This document shows positions 12,841 through 18,128 of a DNA stretch of 18,128 nt, in pieces. The first letter of the stretch is position 1. Each line of letters begins with the position of its first letter. Position numbers and translations under genes: made by a program. Below the pieces are notes generated by a model, which ran no database searches, had not been told where the DNA came from, and saw only the letters and a list, made by a program, of their open reading frames with translations. The stretch is from positions 674,037-692,164 of the forward strand of contig JANKJI020000002.1 of assembly GCA_024626585.2 (NCBI GenBank), read 5' to 3'. Source of the stretch: Ginkgo biloba (Eukaryota > Plantae > Ginkgophyta).

Positions 12841-14003
12841 TGTCACAATTTTGGGGAGATGACATTAACGAATGAAGGATGCAAATAGAGGGTCGATGAT
12901 AAAGGACACTGACAATAGCCAACATATGGGGAGAGATTTTGATAAATGATAGAGAGGTTCATCGAATAGAGACTAACATTAACGGCAAGAGACTGGAGAC
13001 AACATAGACTAATAGTCAAAAGATCGACACCAATGATGGAATGTCGATAAGAGGGACAAATCAAAGAAGGAGAAGGGAGCCCATGGTAATGGGTGACCAA
13101 TCGATAATTGAGCAAAATTTGGCAGAGGATAGAGATCACGTCGACGATTAGAAAAGCCTAAACTCAAGGAATTAATGGATGGTAGGTGAGTGCCTAATAA
13201 GAAAAAATTAATGGATTCCATTAATGTTTCACCCACGAGGTCTTAAAGTGGGAGATTTTGGCGCTGGGAAGGAACCTTCCAGAAGGAGGAGAACATTTTG
13301 GAAGAGGAGGATAAAAAAGAGTGGGAGAGGAGGTTAGTAACGATGAGAAGGAGAGAAGGAAAGAGAAGAAGGTGAGAGACAAGAAAAGAAGAAAGGGAGA
13401 AAATAATTGATGATCTAGTAGAGAGGAAGAATGATAATCAAGGAAAAGTGGGGAACTACCCCTAGAAAATGTGTTGCAAAACAGTTCTATGGAAGAAGAA
13501 TTGATGTTTTGTATTTGCAACACTTTGTGATGTATCTACGTGCCCTTCGGGGAATAGTAATAAAAGACATTTTTTATTTTTCAGCTTTTGATTTTATCTT
13601 TGGTCATTTTTCTCTCTTTTCCACATTTATTGTAGTGTCATCTCATTTCGCTTACATACATCTAATGGTGGGTTTAGGCTCGACTAGGATATTCAACTTG
13701 CCCAAAATAAACATTGGAATGATTTCCTCTATCGTCGTTGTATCATCCGGTATCAAATCCTAGGTTAGGGCTCATTGAGGAGGTTGTTAAAGCTAAGAAA
13801 ATAAGGAGTTTGTAAGAAGTGCTAAGGAATGGCTAAGAAGGTATCCAAAGCTAAGGAATTCATGGAGGATTATAGTGAGGAGAGTTGGGGGTTGAGTTTT
13901 TTGAGGAATTATTAAGGAAAGCCAAAGAAGGCTCGAGAAAATAGTCAAGGGTAGTAAGGAGTGGAAGGATGGCAATGGGAGTAGCCAGAGATGGAGGAAG
14001 AAC
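12841..14003 (+). mobile_element. Putative nested plus-strand LTR element 5' part: LTR (about 12841-13745, TG...CA), degenerate tRNA-Met PBS (about 13749-13760) and leader/gag start
   Basis: Starts TGTCAC near where the minus-strand RT homology stops. Contains a TATA-like ggataaaaaa followed by a GA-rich tract. Ends gttgtatCA, then tc-cggtatcaaatcc (resembles TGGTATCAGAGC). No partner LTR seen. Confidence 0.4.
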
Positions 14004-14269
14004 NNNNNNNNNNNNNNNNNNNNNNNNNNNNNNNNNNNNNNNNNNNNNNNNNNNNNNNNNNNNNNNNNNNNNNNNNNNNNNNNNNNNNNNNNNNNNNNNN
14101 NNNCCAATTTCTATTTGCTCTTGAATTTTTCCAAAATTCAAATTGATAGGATTGCATGCACTTTCAAACACAGTGTTTTGTTATTTTTAACGATAAATTT
14201 AATTAAGGGATATGTAGTTAATAACATTGGGAGATTTTGACTCACCCATTGAGATACAAATCAAACACA

Positions 14270-14485
14270 TAAAAAAATAATCCTCTTATAAACTTGAGGG
14301 CAAGTTCCTCTTCCTCAATATTCAACCTAATGTGGAGTTTGTGGAACTCATCGATAGTATTGACTGGCGTGAGGGCTAACTGAGGTGCTACAATCGTTTG
14401 GTGAGTTGCTTCAAATAATTCATAGGATAGAACTTACTACGGATCAACTCCTTCATCTCTTCCCATGATGTCACTAGAGGTTTTT
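14270..14485 (-). mobile_element. Ty3/gypsy gag (Retrotrans_gag-like) fragment, 5'-truncated and degenerate
   Basis: Minus-strand translation KPLVTSWEEMKELIRSKFYPMNYLKQLTKRL*HL, then after a frameshift DEFHKLHIRLNIEEEELALKFIRGL; this is the typical W-EMK...KF-P-NY...EF...KFI-GL gag pattern. Confidence 0.8.
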
Positions 14486-14774
14486 GAGGCTTTGCAATAG
14501 TAAAGACCACAGAATGGGTAAAATTAAGCTTACCTGGAAAGAAGATAAAGATGCTCTGAATCTTGCAGCATCTTACTCAAGTGAAAATTCACCATCTGAG
14601 AATGGTTTGGGACTATGTTAAAAAGAGAAGGAATTAGTTCTTTGGGCAAATGGAAACTGCTTTTCAAAAGTTCACCAGCAGTGCCAACACCTCCAAAAGA
14701 TGAGATGTATTTCAGAGATTACTGTCTACCAAAAAAAACTATAAAAAAACAAACTCCACATGAGAAAAGAGTGA
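14486..14774 (-). pseudogene. Degenerate duplicate of part of exon 1 (parent about 16274-16649), with frameshifts and an internal deletion
   Basis: Plus-strand copy vs parent: gaggctttgcaatagtaaagacca / gaggccttcgcaatagtgaagacca; ctggaaagaagataaagatgctctgaatcttgcagcatct / ctggaaagaagatgaagacgctctgaaacttgcggcatct; ttctttgggcaaatggaaactgc / ttctttgggcaaatgcaaactgc; gttcaccagcagt identical; aaaacaaactccacatgagaaaagagtga / aaaacaaactccgcacgggaaaacagtga. All blocks are colinear. Confidence 0.92.
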
Positions 14775-15019
14775 CAAATGATAGCTAAATAATCAAACAG
14801 ATATGGGATTAGATGCATCTTACTTGATGATTCTCTGAGATTAGATAAATGTTAACCAACAATTATCCACGTCTAAATAAAAATTACCCAAAAATTTCCT
14901 GGTATCAGTTAGAAGTTTCTCCAAGATCGCTCCAAAGAATTATTTAATAATATGTCCTAGTTAAATCTAAGTGTGTCGCTAGGCCAGTAAGCAAGAAGCT
15001 CACCCACCATCAATGTAAA

Positions 15020-15034
15020 GAGGTGCACCTTGTG
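15020..15034 (-). repeat. Exact 15-bp copy of the exon-1 donor junction (15831-15845)
   Basis: gaggtgcaccttgtg occurs at both 15020-15034 and 15831-15845. Confidence 0.8.
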
Positions 15035-15157
15035 TGTATAAAGGTTCGCTCTACAAAGCTTGTCATGAATGACCAGATAATTGCAGAATCATCATCAACA
15101 GCATACACTGAGTCTGAATCTGTTGTGACAATCTCCTATGTATTTCCATCCTGATCA

Positions 15158-15185
15158 ATACATACATACATATGTATGTATGTAT
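15158..15185. repeat. 28-bp perfect palindrome built from (ATAC)n/(GTAT)n microsatellite halves
   Basis: atacatacatacatatgtatgtatgtat is its own reverse complement (centre 15171/15172). Confidence 0.9.
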
Positions 15186-15833
15186 ATGGTGCAATGTCTG
15201 ATATGTTCTGTATGTCATGATATGTACATAGATCTCCATGTATGCTAAATGATAATTGACATATGCACACAATCTTCCAACTGTCTCAATGTTGATCTAG
15301 ATTTGTAACCTGGAGTTTGTACCCAACGGTTTGAAGCTCTCTTGTAGACATGGCCAGACCCTTACATACAGTATTGAGAGTTTATAAATTGTAGAGATAT
15401 CTATTTTGATGATGTTTATTGTCCACAATCTATATAAAGAGTACAGCAAAGGTATAGTTACAGCAGAGAAAGGTTCTCGATCCTCCAAAAGCAGAGTGGG
15501 TAGAGAGCATATAGCAGATATGCAAACTGGAGAGATGTCATCTGAACTAGGCCACTCCTTTTCAATCCTGCTACGTTGTTCATGTACTACAGAAGGAGAT
15601 TTTTTGGTTGTAGCATAGCTAAATAGCGACGGAAGATAAACAGACTGGTGCCACCTGAATTAGACTAGTGATATATGTTAATCGTAACATGTATTTGCTC
15701 ATGAATGTTAAAAAGATATCTTCCTCCAAATATTAAAAGCTTTAAATAACCCTTACATGGGGTCTTGCTTAAACATGTAGTTCATTTTCCATATGCTCAG
15801 AACTCCCATTAATAGGTCATTGAGAGAGGGGAG

Positions 15834-15842
15834 GTGCACCTT
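15834..15842 (-). other. 5' splice donor of exon 1 (AAG|GTGCAC), phase 0
   Basis: Minus strand reads CAC AAG|GTGCAC. An in-frame stop follows 28 codons later, and the expected C-terminal part of the protein is absent. Confidence 0.7.
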
Positions 15843-17519
15843 GTGGGTCATCTGAAGAATTGCCTCAGTATCAATGTGCACAAATTTGTGGGCAAATACA
15901 AGAAAATGATTGACCAGAGAAGTGTAGAAATGATAATTCGCCACAACATAATTTTGCCACCGATCAGTATATTGGTATGAAATCCGCATCTCACCCATAC
16001 TCCCTTGAACTGTGGACCTCCCAGAGATGTTATTGATCTTTTGTTTCAAAAGTAACCTTTGTGGCATGGGAGATGAAATTTTGGCCGGATCGCTCAACAA
16101 CTTATTCTCTGCCTCCAAATACACATCCTCTTCAAGAATATGCTCTGTTTCACCTTCTGCAACAGTATTCCAGGGCTCTATATAGTCCAACCACACATCA
16201 ACAACTTGAGCAGCCTTCTTCATACTACCACCAAGCGGCCAGAAAGTAAATGCTCGCAATATAGAACGATACAGAGGCCTTCGCAATAGTGAAGACCAAG
16301 GAGAAAGCAAAATTAAGCTTTTCTGGAAAGAAGATGAAGACGCTCTGAAACTTGCGGCATCTGCTTGCCTCGTAATTGCCCATCTGAGACTGGCTTGGGA
16401 TTCTGAAAAAGGGAGAGAATTCAATTCTTCTTTGGGCAAATGCAAACTGCTGTTCAGATAGTTCACCAGCAGTCTTGAGACCTCTATAAGATCTGCACTC
16501 GGTGACACATAACTATAACATGTGTTATTAAAAGGAAATGAAATACCAAGAGAGTGGCAAGTTGATAAAGGCAGGGGTGAGGGATCATTGTCTACCAACC
16601 AAAACTGTACAAAAGTATGAAAAACAAACTCCGCACGGGAAAACAGTGAATGCTCCTCTCTAAACAAGGACTGTACTGGCATACCAGCGGGGGATGGGAA
16701 AGCAATGTGAGATGATGGGGATGCAATAAAAGCTTTGAAAGGTACAAAACGGTGGAGATAGAGGTGAACAAGTTGCAAATAAGGACTCGAATTGAACTTT
16801 CTCGGATTTACCCTATGGTGGGAACCAGGTAAACCAGGTATAGAAGATGCCCATTTCTCGAAACGAGAGCGAGAGCCTCTCCTCGACCCCATATTAATAT
16901 CATTGCTATTACTGAGGATGTTGTCGCCGGTGATGTTTTCTTTGCATACAGGGTAATAAGCAAACCAAAACATATAATATTCAAACACATTCAACTGCAC
17001 CTGCAATCCTCCATTCGCATCCTCCTTCAACCGGCCTTTGAACAGGGCAGGACAGACTTCAGATAAAACATATGAACCTCTTTCGGATTGAAGCATTGAA
17101 TGAATCCAGCTAGGAAGCCGTTCAGAAGGAAATACATACCGTACTAAATTCTCTTCGTCTGCAGAAAACAATGCAGAAAGCAATACCCCCGTGGGCATTA
17201 ACAGATTGATCAATGCATTGGCTGCCTGTTCATTGTTTGGCGAAGACGTTAGGTCTATCCATCCGCCTGATTGGGTAGAAACACGGGACGAAGCTGGCTG
17301 CGAAACGTCCTCAAATCCAAAGATTTTATGAAGCAAAATAGGGAAAGATATTGTGTAGAAATATCTGGCCTGATCTGCGTTGTGTCTGGAGACGAAAGAT
17401 TCTACTGCTCTACATGCATTGCAGATTTCTTGAGCCGATGAACTGTTTAATAACAGAGCATTTAGCTCCTGTGCCTCGTACGAAGAATCGGCTGTTGTAG
17501 AAGAGGATGCTGCAGCCAT
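15840..17519 (-). CDS. SMPD4: First coding exon (560 codons) of a plant SMPD4/NET13-like protein (sphingomyelin phosphodiesterase 4 / mit_SMPDase family); gene continues beyond a long intron
   Basis: Only long clean ORF in the window. LNVFEYYMFWFAYYPVC, LRRPLYRSILRAFTFWPL...VVDVWLDYIEPW and RWQNYVVANYHFYTSLVNHFL match SMPD4 blocks as I recall them (LNPFEYYIFFFA; LYLFLQHCFGHWPL...VLEMWLSYLQPW; WAPFVQENLLMYTKL). Good start context gaagcaATGG. Family-like sequence stops at LQMTHK, followed by GTGCAC (donor). The last 28 aa of the ORF-track call (to 15753) are probably intron read-through. Confidence 0.88.
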
Positions 17520-18128
17520 TGCTTCCCTTAAACGCTTTAAACCAGTTGTCCCTTTAAATCCTGCTACTACATTTCCTACCGTTTAAACCCTTTGCTTCAG
17601 ATAAACCCTTATAAGGAAATGTAATGGCCATATTGGTTCCTAAAACCCTCCACTCTCTCAGAACATATTCAAGCGTGAATTCTACACGGGTTTTATAGGC
17701 ATGTATTTAATGGAGGTTTGGAATCCTCCTCCCCAATCCTTCCTAGAGTGGCTTATTTTTTTTCAAATTTCCACCGCCATTTGTGGCTTTGCCAACTTTT
17801 GCCATCTGTTCATTCCTTTATGTGAACTCTACTTGATTCTCACGAGAGGTGTAAGGGTGCAATAGAGTGTTAGGATTTTTAGTCTATTTTAAGGATTTTC
17901 ATGTGGCTCTTTTTTATTTGTTCTATTAATTCTCTACTTCCTGTTGGAAGGCAGTGTTCTTTGTAAAATCAGTCATGCGGAATCACACTGTACATATTGG
18001 AAGATGATAGAAATGAGATCATTGGTTTTAGAAGAGGAATCGATGTTATACAGATCACACTTTTATACAATTGAGGGCTTTATGAACAAGTTCTATCAGA
18101 TGGGTATTGTTGCTCTCAATTCTGTTGA
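17520..18128 (-). promoter_or_regulatory. 5' UTR / upstream region of the SMPD4-like gene
   Basis: Positional only. Contains three AAACCCT (telo-box-like, imperfect) motifs near 17585, 17603 and 17643. Confidence 0.35.

Larger units (their letters stand above)
1..15839 (-). other. Probable very long, TE-filled intron 1 of the SMPD4-like gene (3' end outside the window or in an N-gap)
   Basis: No continuation of the SMPD4 reading frame recognised in the sequenced bases; region dominated by retrotransposon fossils. Confidence 0.6.

Noticed and set aside
14900-14908. TGGTATCAG PBS-like 9-mer on the plus strand
   Set aside because: Not preceded by a CA LTR end, diverges immediately afterwards, and no retroelement sequence follows.
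746-15618. Numerous 60-120 aa ORFs treated as genes
   Set aside because: They are antisense or off-frame shadows, or fragments of retrotransposon pol/LTR sequence; no independent coding signal.
15617-15660. ttCAG|GTGGCA as the acceptor of exon 2
   Set aside because: In frame it gives VAPVCLSSVAI* with no SMPD4 similarity, and the pyrimidine tract is poor.
16061-16990. Overlapping small ORFs inside exon 1 (16061-16249 +, 16808-16990 -)
   Set aside because: Short alternative-frame ORFs expected by chance within a long CDS.
1-18128. Prokaryotic systems (CRISPR array, retron, DGR, operon) suggested by RT motifs and a diverged repeat pair
   Set aside because: The RTs are dead LTR-retrotransposon types and no regularly spaced repeats exist. 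The exon/copy differences include indels and are not adenine-specific as in DGR template/variable repeats.

Overview
Eukaryotic, plant-type sequence: AT-rich, CpG-poor and gapped. A large-genome seed plant such as a gymnosperm is my inference. The only intact gene is on the minus strand at the right end: a 1680-bp first coding exon (17519->15840) of an SMPD4/NET13-like (neutral sphingomyelinase 3 family) protein, ending at an AAG|GTGCAC donor. I find no second exon, so the rest of the window (~15.8 kb) is most likely one very long intron. It is packed with decayed LTR retrotransposons: four minus-strand Ty3/gypsy fossils of apparently different lineages, one plus-strand Ty1/copia RT fragment and two PBS/LTR remnants. 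The most unusual signal is at 14486-14774. It is a degenerate same-orientation copy of part of the gene's own exon 1, fused flush to a 5'-truncated gypsy gag. The copy has acquired a polypyrimidine-CAG|GTAAGC motif (recursive-splice or poison-exon signature) that is absent from the parent exon. A second copy of the exon-1 donor lies at 15020-15034. All family calls come from motifs recognised by eye, without database searches.
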